From an uncultured Phycisphaerales bacterium (GTDB lineage Bacteria > Planctomycetota > Phycisphaerae > Phycisphaerales > SM1A02), in the NCBI GenBank assembly GCA_938084645.1, contig CALKEP010000004.1:32001-96000 (forward strand): a stretch of DNA of 64,000 bases. Direction: 5' to 3'. The position numbers and the translations under genes were made by a program. The stretch's first letter is position 1. The number at the start of each line of letters is the position of its first letter. The notes under the pieces are model-generated. The model was given only the letters and a program-made list of their open reading frames with translations. It was not told the origin of the DNA and did not search any database. Positions 1 to 9,194 of the stretch are shown piece by piece.

Positions 1-22
1 CTCACGAAGTGTTACACGCGCT

Positions 23-38
23 TGATACACTCGTTTGA
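23..38. promoter_or_regulatory. possible TetR operator (imperfect AT-rich palindrome TGATACACTCGTTTGA)
   Basis: AT-rich imperfect dyad about 30 nt upstream of the TetR ATG (71); TetR genes are commonly autoregulated; symmetry is weak. Confidence 0.25.
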
Positions 39-70
39 TTCCGTCTTGCTCACCATCCGGGCCCCCTGCG

Positions 71-694
71 ATGACCACCCGAGAGGACATTCTCACCGCC
101 GCCGTCGAGATCTTCGCCGAGAAGGGACTCGACGGTGCCTCGGTGCGGGAGATCTGCCAGGCCGCCGGAACCAATTCCGCGTCGATCAACTACCACTTCG
201 AGAGCAAGGCGGCGCTCTACCGGGCGGTCGTGGAACTCGCCTATCGCGCTGCGACGGTCCATCCGATGCCGACCCTCGAGGATCATGACGGGGACCCGCA
301 TCGCGCGCTCGCGGCGTGGATCAACTGGTACCTCCACCGGATCCTCGAGCCCGGCGGCGACGCCGCCAATCGCCTGCTCCTCCGCGAATCCGCCAACCCT
401 TCGGGGGCGCTGGACGGATTCGTCGCCTCCGTCATCTATCCGGTCTACGAGGGACTCGAGCGGATCGTCGAGCGAATGTGCCCTCGGGAGCTCGACGCCC
501 GGCGCATGCATCTGCAGTGTGTCTCGATCCTCGGACAGTGCCTCGTGCATCGCGTGTGTCGTCCGATGCTCGAGAAGCTCCCCGTCGAACCGCCGATCCA
601 CGAGGCCGGCATCCCGGACATCGCGGCGATCGTCACCGCCAATGCGCTCGCCGCGATCGATTCGACCCGCGCGTCCGTGGAGGAGTCCTCATGA
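71..694 (+). CDS. TetR family transcriptional regulator (CerR/DUF1956-like C-terminus)
   Basis: N-terminal HTH 'ILTAAVEIFAEKGLDGASVREICQAAGTNSASINYHFESKAALY'; ATG at 71; ATGA overlap with the next gene. Confidence 0.9.
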   Translation: MTTREDILTAAVEIFAEKGLDGASVREICQAAGTNSASINYHFESKAALYRAVVELAYRAATVHPMPTLEDHDGDPHRALAAWINWYLHRILEPGGDAANRLLLRESANPSGALDGFVASVIYPVYEGLERIVERMCPRELDARRMHLQCVSILGQCLVHRVCRPMLEKLPVEPPIHEAGIPDIAAIVTANALAAIDSTRASVEESS

Positions 695-2175
695 ACTCCT
701 CGCGACGACTTCCGACCGTCCTCCTCGTCACGATCGCCTTCGCAGGCTGCAGCCCCCATGCGCTCCGCGACACCGATCTGCCCGAAGTGGAGATCCCCGA
801 ACGCTTCGAAGCCCCGGACGGCCCCGAGGTCGCGGCCCCCGATGCCTGGTGGACGAGTTTCGGTGAACCGGCACTGGACCGCACCATGCAGGCGGCGTTC
901 GAATCGAACCTCGGTCTGCGACAGGCCTGGTCGCGTCTCGAACAGTCGAACGCCCAGGCGAGGATCGCCGGCGCCTTCCTGTATCCCGAGATCAACCTCG
1001 ATGCGTCCGCCGCCCGCACCCGCACCGATCCCGCCGACTTCCCCGCGAACACGTCGGACCGGTTCGCCGTCGGACTGGGCCTCACCTGGGAACTGGATCT
1101 CTGGAAACGGATCGCCAACCGCGCGGACGCCGCGTCCCTGCTCGCCCGCGCGAGCCGCGCGGACGCCGAACAGACCGCCCTCCTTCTGTCGGGTTCGATC
1201 ACCGAACTCTGGTTCTCGATCCAGGAGCAGGAGCAGTTGCTGATCCTCTTCGAGGAACAGATCCGACTGAGCCGGACGTTGCTGGAGCTCACCGAACTGC
1301 GCTTCGGGCAGGGCGTCGGCGACGGGCTGCAGGTCCTGCAGCAGCGGCTCCAGCTCGAGTCGGTGATCGCGGCGATTCCGGAGGTCCGGTCGATCCTCGA
1401 GACGAATCGAAACCAGCTCGCGGTCCTGCTCGCCCGCACGCCGGAGTCCCTCGAGACCGACGACCCCTTCGATGCGACGCCCACCCTTCCGGAACTCCCG
1501 CCGTTTCCTTCGCTGCCCTCGCCCCGGGATCTCCTCGAACGTCGGCCGGATCTCCGGGCCGCCCATGATCGCGTGGCCGCCGCGGATCTCGAAGTCGCGG
1601 TGGCGATCGCGGACATGCTTCCGGCCCTCCGCCTCTCGCTCGACGGTCGATTCTCGGGTGATCAGGTCTCGAGCCTCTTCGACTCGACGATCGCGAGTCT
1701 CTCGGGGGCCCTGCTCCAGCCGGTGTTCGACGCCGACCGCCGCGGGGCCGAGGCGGACCGCCGCCGGGCGATCCTCCAGGAGCGGGTCGACGGGTTCACC
1801 GAACGGTTCATCATCGCCCTGCGCGAAGTCGAGGATGCGATCGATCGCGAACGGAATCTGGTCGAACTGCTCGAACAGGTCCGGATCCAGGTGGACCTCG
1901 CGGACCGGACCCTGATCGAGAGCCGGATTCGATTCGCGAACGCCCAGATCGAATACCTCGACGTCATCACCGCCATCCGCGCCCTCCAGGATCTCCAGCG
2001 TCGGGAGATCGGCGTGCAACGCTCGGTGCTCGCCAACCGAGCCCGACTCCTCCTCGCGATCGGCGGCGCCTGGACCCGCGATCTCGCGCCCCCGGACGAC
2101 CCGGAGATCGCCGAAGCGGACGACCGCATCGACGGGGCGCCCGACGACCAGTCCTTCCGGAACACCGAGACATGA
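691..2175 (+). CDS. RND efflux outer-membrane lipoprotein (NodT/OprM/TolC family)
   Basis: lipobox FAGC, 'WWTSFGEPALD', 'WELDLW', 'PRDLLERRPDLRAA'; ATG at 691 coupled to the TetR stop. Confidence 0.9.
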   Translation: MNSSRRLPTVLLVTIAFAGCSPHALRDTDLPEVEIPERFEAPDGPEVAAPDAWWTSFGEPALDRTMQAAFESNLGLRQAWSRLEQSNAQARIAGAFLYPEINLDASAARTRTDPADFPANTSDRFAVGLGLTWELDLWKRIANRADAASLLARASRADAEQTALLLSGSITELWFSIQEQEQLLILFEEQIRLSRTLLELTELRFGQGVGDGLQVLQQRLQLESVIAAIPEVRSILETNRNQLAVLLARTPESLETDDPFDATPTLPELPPFPSLPSPRDLLERRPDLRAAHDRVAAADLEVAVAIADMLPALRLSLDGRFSGDQVSSLFDSTIASLSGALLQPVFDADRRGAEADRRRAILQERVDGFTERFIIALREVEDAIDRERNLVELLEQVRIQVDLADRTLIESRIRFANAQIEYLDVITAIRALQDLQRREIGVQRSVLANRARLLLAIGGAWTRDLAPPDDPEIAEADDRIDGAPDDQSFRNTET

Positions 2176-3464
2176 ACCAGGCCGACACCGAATCCCCCGA
2201 CTCCGCCCTTCCGCCCGCTCCGGTGCGCTGGCTGGTGGCCCTCGTCCGGGTGCTGATCCCCGTGCTGTTCCTCGCCGCGGCGATCTACGGCACCATGAGA
2301 CTGCTCGCGGAGAAGCCCGAACCCGCGCGAGCCGAGGCCGAATCGGTCACCACGCTCGTCGAGACGATCGTTCCCGAACCTCGCGACGACGTGGCCGAGA
2401 TCGTCACCTACGGAACGATCGAACCGAACCGCACGCTGACCCTTCAGACCCAGGTCGGCGGCCTGGTCGTCGGACTCAACGACGCCCTCCAGCCGGGTGG
2501 GATCGTGAAGGCGGGCGAACGCCTGCTCGAGATCGATCCGCGGGACTACGAACTCACGGTCCGGCAGCGCGAGGCCGATGTGGCGAACGCCACCGTCGCG
2601 CTCCGGCTCGAGAACGCACGCGGTCTCGTCGCCCAGCGTGAGTGGGATCTGCTGGGCGACTCGGTGGAGACGTCCGACGTCGGACGCGAGCTCGCCCGCC
2701 GCGACCCGCAGCGGGTCGAGAAGGAGGTGATGCTCGAGGCCGCGAAGAGTCGGCTCGAAGCGGCCGAGCTCGCCCTCGAGCGGACCACGATCGAGTCGCC
2801 GTTCAACGGACTGGTGCGGGCGGACGAGGTCGAGATCGGTCAGGTCGTCTCGCCCCAGTCGAGAATCGCGACCATCGTCGGCACCGACCGGTTCGACGTC
2901 CTGGTCTCCGTCCCCCTCGACAAGCTCGACTGGATCCGGATCGATCCGGACGACCCCGAGACGAACTCCGAGGCCCGGATCGTTCTCGAGCTGGGCGACG
3001 GCAGGACGATCGAGCGGTCGGGTCGGGTCGATCGCCTGCTCGGAGAGGTCGAGCGGGCCGGGCGACTGGCCCGGGTCCGGATCCTCGTCGAGGACCCCCT
3101 CGGACTCGAGGACGCCGGATCGCGTGACGAGACGCTCGATCCGCTGCTGTTGGGAAGTTACGTGCGGGTCGAGATCACGGGCCCCCCGGTCGAGGGCGTG
3201 CTCGAGCTCCCTCGCGCGGTGGTTCGCAACAACGAGTCGATCTGGGTGATGGATGCCGGGCGACGCCTTCGATTCCGGGATCTGGACGTGATCGTCGGCC
3301 GGCCCGACACGGTTCTGGCTCGCGTCGCGCTCGAACCGGGTGACGAGATCGTGAGCAGTCCCCTTCCCGTCGCGATCCCCGGCATGCCGCTGGAACGTCT
3401 CGGCGCCCCCGGCGACGCGGGCGACTCCCCGGAGACCGACGGCGACGCCGGAGCCGAACGATGA
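2172..3464 (+). CDS. RND efflux periplasmic adaptor (membrane fusion protein)
   Basis: N-terminal TM, 'LLEIDPRDY', coiled coil, 'LERTTIESPFNG'; between OMF and permease with ATGA overlaps. Confidence 0.9.
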   Translation: MNQADTESPDSALPPAPVRWLVALVRVLIPVLFLAAAIYGTMRLLAEKPEPARAEAESVTTLVETIVPEPRDDVAEIVTYGTIEPNRTLTLQTQVGGLVVGLNDALQPGGIVKAGERLLEIDPRDYELTVRQREADVANATVALRLENARGLVAQREWDLLGDSVETSDVGRELARRDPQRVEKEVMLEAAKSRLEAAELALERTTIESPFNGLVRADEVEIGQVVSPQSRIATIVGTDRFDVLVSVPLDKLDWIRIDPDDPETNSEARIVLELGDGRTIERSGRVDRLLGEVERAGRLARVRILVEDPLGLEDAGSRDETLDPLLLGSYVRVEITGPPVEGVLELPRAVVRNNESIWVMDAGRRLRFRDLDVIVGRPDTVLARVALEPGDEIVSSPLPVAIPGMPLERLGAPGDAGDSPETDGDAGAER

Positions 3465-6400
3465 GACGCCGTTCGAAGAACGGCGGCCCGGTCGCCTGGA
3501 TGGCGGGACACCCCGTCGCCGCGAACCTTCTGATGATCGCGCTGCTCATCGGTGGCGTGATGTCCGCGCTTCGCGTCCGACAGGAGGTCTTCCCCTCGTT
3601 CTCCCTCGACGTGATCGGCATCTCGGTGCCCTATCCCGGGGCGAGCCCCGAGGAGGTCGAGCGCGGAATCATCACGGTCGTCGAGGATGCCGTCCGCGGG
3701 CTCGACGGCGTGAAGAAGATCACCAGCACCGCCAGCGAAGGTCGTGGTTCGGTCAGCGTCGAACTTCAACTGACCGCCGCCCCGGACCGGGTCCTCCAGA
3801 ACGTCAAGAACGCGGTGGACCGGATCACCACGCTTCCCGAGGATGCGGAACGACCGACCGTGAGCCTGCTCGAGAACCGGAACCGGGTGATGAACATCGC
3901 GGTCGCCGGCGACTTTCCGGCGAAGGTGCTCCGCGACACGGCGGAACGGATTCGGGACGAACTCGCGATTCGCGAGGGAATCACGCTCGTCCAGCTGGGC
4001 GATGCGAAACCGCTCGAGATCTCGATCGAGATCCCCGAGGCGACGCTTCGGTCCTTCGACCTGACGCTCGACCAGGTCGCGGCGGAGATTCGCCGGGCCG
4101 CGATCGACCTTCCCGCCGGCAGCCTCAAGACCGACGCCGGGGAGATCCTCTTTCGAACCACGGAACGTCGCGACTTCGGTCGGGAGTTCGCGGACATTCC
4201 GATCATCTCCCGCCCCGACGGATCGACCGTCCGACTCGGGGAGATCGCGGTCATCGTGGATGGTTTCGCCGACCTCGATCTCCAACCCACGCTGGACGGA
4301 CTTCCCGCCGCGACCGTCGACGTGTTCCGCGTCGGCGACGAGACGCCGATCTCCGTCTCCGACGAAGTGAAGCGGTACCTCGAGGAACTCCGCCCCGGAC
4401 TGCCCGCCGGCATGGCCCTCGAGATCATTCGCGACGACTCGGACTCCTATCGACAGCGGATCGACCTGCTGGTGCGGAACGCGGCGATCGGGCTGGGACT
4501 CGTCCTCCTGATGCTGGGCCTCTTCCTCGAGCCGCGACTCGCCTTCTGGGTCACGCTCGGCATTCCGATCTCGATCCTCGGCTCGTTCCTCTTCCTCGCT
4601 CAGACCGACGCGTCGATCAACATGATCTCGCTCTTCGCGTTCATCGTGACGCTGGGGATCATCGTCGACGACGCGGTGGTGGTCGGCGAGAACATCTTCG
4701 AGAAGCGGGAGGCCGGGATGCCGGCGCTCGAGGCGGCGATCGCGGGAGCGCGGCAGATCTCCGGCCCCGTGACCTTCGCGGTCCTGACCAACATGGTGGC
4801 CTTCGCGCCGATGTTGTTCGTCCCCGGCGCCAGCGGCAAGCTGTTCATGCAGATTCCGGCGGTCGCGATCAGCGTCTTCGCGGTCTCCCTGATCGAGTCG
4901 CTCTTCGTGCTGCCGGCCCATCTCTCGCACGCCCCGCGGACCACGCTCTTCTGGCGGATCCTCTCGATCCCGAGCACCTACTTCGAACGGTGGCTCCACG
5001 CGTTCATCCGACACGTCTACCGCCCGGTCGCGATGGAGGCGACCCGGAACCGGTACGGCACCATCGCGATCGGCATCGCCATGCTGATGATCGCGGTCGC
5101 GACGCTGGTGAGCGGGCGCATCCCCTTCACCTTCCTTCCGAAGATCGATGCCGACTTCGTCCGGGTGAACGCGGTGCTCCCGGTCGGGGTTCCCGTCGAG
5201 CGGACCATCGAGGTCCAGGACCGCCTCCTCGCCGGCCTTGCGAAGACGATCGAGGAATCGGGCGGGGTCGACGTGGTCGAGAACGTCTACGGCGTCCTCG
5301 GCGGCGGCATCGGCGGTTTCGGGCCGGTCCAGCAGGCGGGCTCGAACGGTTCGCATCTCCTCGGGATCCAGGCGTCGCTGGTGACGCAGGATCGTCGCAT
5401 GGTGTCCGCCGGTGACTTCTCCCGAAGGTGGCGGGAGAACACCGGACGAATCGCCGGCCTGGAATCGATCTCCTTCCGGAGCGAGACCGGTCGATCCAGC
5501 GGCGCCGCGATCGACGTCCAGTTGAGCCACCGCGACACCGCGGTGCTCGACCTGGCGAGCCTCGCGCTCGCCGAACGCCTCCAGGAGTTCGCCGGCGTGA
5601 ACGACATCGACGCCGGAGTCTCGCTCGGCAAGGCGCAGTTCAATCTCCAGATCACCCCCGAGGCCCGCAGCCTGGGGCTCACCGCCGCCGAACTCGCGCG
5701 ACAGACCCGCGGGTACTTCTACGGGGTCGAGGCCCTGCGGCAGCAGCGCGGACGCAATGAAGTCCGGGTGATGGTGCGACTGCCCGACTCGGAGCGAAGC
5801 ACGCTCGACACCGTGGAGAAGGCGGTGCTCCGCACGCCGGCCGGAACCGAGATCCCCTTCTCGGAAGCCGCGGTCTCGACCGAAGGTCGGGCCTACACCA
5901 GCATCAAGCGGACCGATGGCCGCCGTGTGAACTCGGTCACCGCCGACATCGACACCGAGGTGGCGAACGGGAACGAGATCACCGCGGCCCTCGATGCATC
6001 GGTGCTTCCCCGCCTCCAGCGGGAGTTCCCGGGGCTCACCTGGACCTTCGAGGGCGAGCAGAATGCGCAGGCGGAGTCGCTCCAGAGCCTCGGCACCGGC
6101 TTCGTGGCCGCGCTCTTCGTGATCTACGCCCTCCTCGCCATTCCCTTCCGCAGCTGGGTGCAGCCGCTGGTCGTGATGGTCGCGATTCCATTCGGAATCA
6201 TCGGCGCCGTCATCGGCCACGTCGTGATGGGCTACGGGTTCAGCATCATCTCGATCTTCGGGATCGTCGCCCTCTCCGGCGTCGTGGTGAACGACTCGCT
6301 GGTGCTGGTCGTGACGATCAACGAGATGCGCCGGAATCGTCCCGAACTCTCGCTCCGCGAGATGGTGGTGGCCGCCGGGGCCCGACGCTTCCGACCGATC

Positions 6401-6664
6401 CTCCTCACCAGCGTGACGACGTTCTTCGGACTCATGCCGATGGTGCTCGAAACGTCGATGCAGGCGAGGTTCCTGATTCCGATGGCGATCTCGATCGCGT
6501 TCGGAATCATCTTCGCGACCTTCATCATCCTGCTGCTGGTGCCCGCGATCTATCTCGCGATCGAGGATGGAATCGGACTCGCTTCCTGGTTGGGACGCGA
6601 GAAGCGGAACGCGACGCCGGTTCCGTCGACCGACGCCCGCGAGGGACTACCGACCGATCGATGA
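3461..6664 (+). CDS. RND efflux permease (AcrB/AcrD/AcrF family)
   Basis: 1067 aa; 'YPGASPEEVE', 'LGIIVDDAVVVGENI', 'GVVVNDSLV', 'RFRPILLTS'. Confidence 0.95.
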   Translation: MRRRSKNGGPVAWMAGHPVAANLLMIALLIGGVMSALRVRQEVFPSFSLDVIGISVPYPGASPEEVERGIITVVEDAVRGLDGVKKITSTASEGRGSVSVELQLTAAPDRVLQNVKNAVDRITTLPEDAERPTVSLLENRNRVMNIAVAGDFPAKVLRDTAERIRDELAIREGITLVQLGDAKPLEISIEIPEATLRSFDLTLDQVAAEIRRAAIDLPAGSLKTDAGEILFRTTERRDFGREFADIPIISRPDGSTVRLGEIAVIVDGFADLDLQPTLDGLPAATVDVFRVGDETPISVSDEVKRYLEELRPGLPAGMALEIIRDDSDSYRQRIDLLVRNAAIGLGLVLLMLGLFLEPRLAFWVTLGIPISILGSFLFLAQTDASINMISLFAFIVTLGIIVDDAVVVGENIFEKREAGMPALEAAIAGARQISGPVTFAVLTNMVAFAPMLFVPGASGKLFMQIPAVAISVFAVSLIESLFVLPAHLSHAPRTTLFWRILSIPSTYFERWLHAFIRHVYRPVAMEATRNRYGTIAIGIAMLMIAVATLVSGRIPFTFLPKIDADFVRVNAVLPVGVPVERTIEVQDRLLAGLAKTIEESGGVDVVENVYGVLGGGIGGFGPVQQAGSNGSHLLGIQASLVTQDRRMVSAGDFSRRWRENTGRIAGLESISFRSETGRSSGAAIDVQLSHRDTAVLDLASLALAERLQEFAGVNDIDAGVSLGKAQFNLQITPEARSLGLTAAELARQTRGYFYGVEALRQQRGRNEVRVMVRLPDSERSTLDTVEKAVLRTPAGTEIPFSEAAVSTEGRAYTSIKRTDGRRVNSVTADIDTEVANGNEITAALDASVLPRLQREFPGLTWTFEGEQNAQAESLQSLGTGFVAALFVIYALLAIPFRSWVQPLVVMVAIPFGIIGAVIGHVVMGYGFSIISIFGIVALSGVVVNDSLVLVVTINEMRRNRPELSLREMVVAAGARRFRPILLTSVTTFFGLMPMVLETSMQARFLIPMAISIAFGIIFATFIILLLVPAIYLAIEDGIGLASWLGREKRNATPVPSTDAREGLPTDR

Positions 6665-7411
6665 TGGACCGATCCGCCTTGCGACGAGCGTCACCGCGGC
6701 CGGACCGGAGTCGAAGGTGCAGGCGAAGCCCGCGGCCTCGAGCATGGCGATTCGATCGACGAGCCGCATCCCCGCGGACCGGTCGCCCCCCCTGACTCCG
6801 CGCGATTCGACTTCGACCCCGAGGCGGTCGAACGCTCGTCGCAGCGGACCGATGACCCGCAGCGGCGAGAAGCCGATGCGATGAAGGATCCTCGCCCGAA
6901 GGGAATCGGGCCGTTCGACACGATCGATCTCGACGAAGACGCCCTCCGATCGCATCGATGCCGCGATGGCCGCGTAGAGGCGTCGGACCGACTTCGCCGA
7001 CAGATGATGAAGCGTCATGCTGGAGATCGCACCGTCGATCCGACCCAGCCCGATCAGGGCGTCGGGATCCGCGAGATCGCGAGGATGCAGCTCGACGCGA
7101 TCCGACCAGGGTGCGAGCCGTTCCTTCGCCCGCGCGATCATCGGCCCGGAGACGTCGACGCCAACGAGGCGGATCCTCGGATACGCCTCGAGCAGCTGCG
7201 CCGCCTGATCACCCCATCCGATTCCGAGTTCGAGGATCCGAGCGTCGGAATCCCGTTCCAACTCCAGCCCGTCGATTCCCCGCGCGTATCGACGCCGTCG
7301 ATTCGACCCGCGCGCCTCGGATTCCCGAACCCAGCATTCGACGTATTCCTCGTCCATCCACGGGTGCCCGTGCGGACCACTCCAAGGCGACCTGAACAGA
7401 CGCGTTCGCAA
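6647..7411 (-). CDS. class I SAM-dependent methyltransferase
   Basis: 'ILELGIGWG', 'GVDVSGPMI', 'SSMTLHHL'; start uncertain (7411 TTG or 7357 ATG). Confidence 0.75.
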   Translation of the reverse strand: MRTRLFRSPWSGPHGHPWMDEEYVECWVRESEARGSNRRRRYARGIDGLELERDSDARILELGIGWGDQAAQLLEAYPRIRLVGVDVSGPMIARAKERLAPWSDRVELHPRDLADPDALIGLGRIDGAISSMTLHHLSAKSVRRLYAAIAASMRSEGVFVEIDRVERPDSLRARILHRIGFSPLRVIGPLRRAFDRLGVEVESRGVRGGDRSAGMRLVDRIAMLEAAGFACTFDSGPAAVTLVARRIGPSSIGR

Positions 7412-7716
7412 CGAATCCCACCTTCCTCGAACTCGGGCCGAAACACGACCCCACGGTTGGTTCGACGATGCAACCGGACGCCGCGCGTCTGGCTCCTGAC
7501 CGGCAACGGGTCGTCGGTCCCGATGGATCGAAGAACCGCCGGAACACCCGGCCGGAACGAGCGATGGTGCTCGCTGGAGAAACGGGCGATCGCGAACCGC
7601 GGGATGATACCTGATGCGATCCGGTACACACGTCGTCGCCCGCGGACCGGCATCGGCGGCCCCGGCAGCGGCCCCCGAGACTCCGTGGTCGCCCTCCCGA
7701 TGTCGTAGACTCCGCC

Positions 7717-9135
7717 GTGATGAACGTTCGCATTCTCCACCACCACGTCATCCGGAGACGCATCCAAACCCGGCTTCCCTTCAAGTTCGGCGTCCAGGTC
7801 CTTCGATCCGTGCCCCTCGCGGAACTTCGGATCGAGGTGGAGACGAACGATGGACGACGTGGCATCGGTCGAGCATCGGACCTTCTGGTCCCCAAGTGGT
7901 TCGAGAAGAACCCCGATACCACGCCGGAAGCGGATTCGGAGGCGCTGGAGGTCAGCATCGAACGCGCGGCCGAGATCGCGCGAGCGGCCACCGACGCCGC
8001 CGGGCCGCATTCCGTCTTCGACATCGCCGAGATCGCCCGCTTCGAACGGGTCGGTTCGAGGGATCACCTCGACGCGGACGTTCTGGTTCGCGGATTCGGC
8101 GTCGCCATGATCGAACGCGCCCTCATCGACGCCGCCTGCCGCCTCGCCGGATGTTCGTTTCACGAGGCGGTGACCCAGGACCTCTTCGCCTTCCAAGCAG
8201 GCCGCCTGATCTCGGAAACCAGAGATTGGTCCCCCGCCGAACTGCCGACACCCGCGATGTCGATCGCGGTTCGTCACACCGTCGGCATGCTCGATCCGCT
8301 CACCACGGGCGAGATGCCCGCCTCCGAACGGATCGAGGACGGGCTTCCGCAGTCCCTTGAAGCGGTCATCGCCGCGTACGGGGTGCGTCGTTTCAAGGTG
8401 AAGATCGGCGACGACCATGCGGCCAATGCGGCGCGACTCCGCTCGATCGCCGCCGTCATCGAGGATCAAGTCGGTGACGACGCGGTGTTCACCCTCGACG
8501 GGAACGAACAGTGCGAGGATCTCGAAGCACTCGCCGGGATGCTGGAGGACCTGGGCCGCGATCCGAGAGCCGCGTGCCTGATCGAACGACTCGCCCTCGT
8601 GGAACAGCCGCTTCCCCGGCGAGAGACCTTCGATGAATCGCGGCGGGCGGGGATCGCCCGCCTGAGTCGCATCGCGCCGGTGGTGATCGACGAGGCCGAC
8701 GCCGATCGCGACGCGTTCCGACGCGCCGTCGACCTCGGCTACGCAGGCGTCAGCGTGAAGGCGTGCAAGGGCGTCTTTCGCGCCCTGGCGAATCGCGGCC
8801 TGGTCGAGATCCGTCGTGCCGCCGGTGATGGTCGCTGCTTCCAGAGCGGCGAGGACCTCACCAATCTCGGTTCGATTCCGCTGCAGCAGGATCTCGCCCT
8901 GCAGGCGACCATCGGCGTGCCCGACGTCGAACGAAACGGACATCACTACTTCCGCGGGCTCGATCATCTTCCGGAATCGACCGCGACCCGGCTCGCCCGG
9001 GAACTGCCGGGCCTCTACGTCACCTCGAACGGGATGACTCGTCTTCGCGTCGATGAGGGACGACTCGATCTCCGAGGCGTCGTCGACGGCGTCGGCTTCG
9101 GTGGCATCCTCGGCCCGCTCGATTCCACGGACTGA
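7717..9135 (+). CDS. enolase superfamily (mandelate racemase/muconate lactonizing-like) enzyme
   Basis: KxK motif 'FKVKIG'; metal-ligand strands 'TLDGNE', 'VEQP', 'IDEAD'. Confidence 0.75.
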   Translation: MMNVRILHHHVIRRRIQTRLPFKFGVQVLRSVPLAELRIEVETNDGRRGIGRASDLLVPKWFEKNPDTTPEADSEALEVSIERAAEIARAATDAAGPHSVFDIAEIARFERVGSRDHLDADVLVRGFGVAMIERALIDAACRLAGCSFHEAVTQDLFAFQAGRLISETRDWSPAELPTPAMSIAVRHTVGMLDPLTTGEMPASERIEDGLPQSLEAVIAAYGVRRFKVKIGDDHAANAARLRSIAAVIEDQVGDDAVFTLDGNEQCEDLEALAGMLEDLGRDPRAACLIERLALVEQPLPRRETFDESRRAGIARLSRIAPVVIDEADADRDAFRRAVDLGYAGVSVKACKGVFRALANRGLVEIRRAAGDGRCFQSGEDLTNLGSIPLQQDLALQATIGVPDVERNGHHYFRGLDHLPESTATRLARELPGLYVTSNGMTRLRVDEGRLDLRGVVDGVGFGGILGPLDSTD

Positions 9136-9194
9136 CGCTCCCTTGCGGTAGAGTCTTCCGCAGACCGGTTCCCGCATTCCCCAAGAGACACCGC

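Noticed and set aside
3158..6220. 1020-aa minus-strand ORF opposite the RND permease (similarly 12205-14964, 34269-37223, 37955-41098)
   Set aside because: Shadow ORFs of well-supported genes on the other strand; Arg/Gly/Asp-rich low-information translations
7412..7705. Cobalamin or SAM riboswitch upstream of the methyltransferase (GTCAGGAG-like word on the minus strand)
   Set aside because: The other conserved elements of either riboswitch are absent
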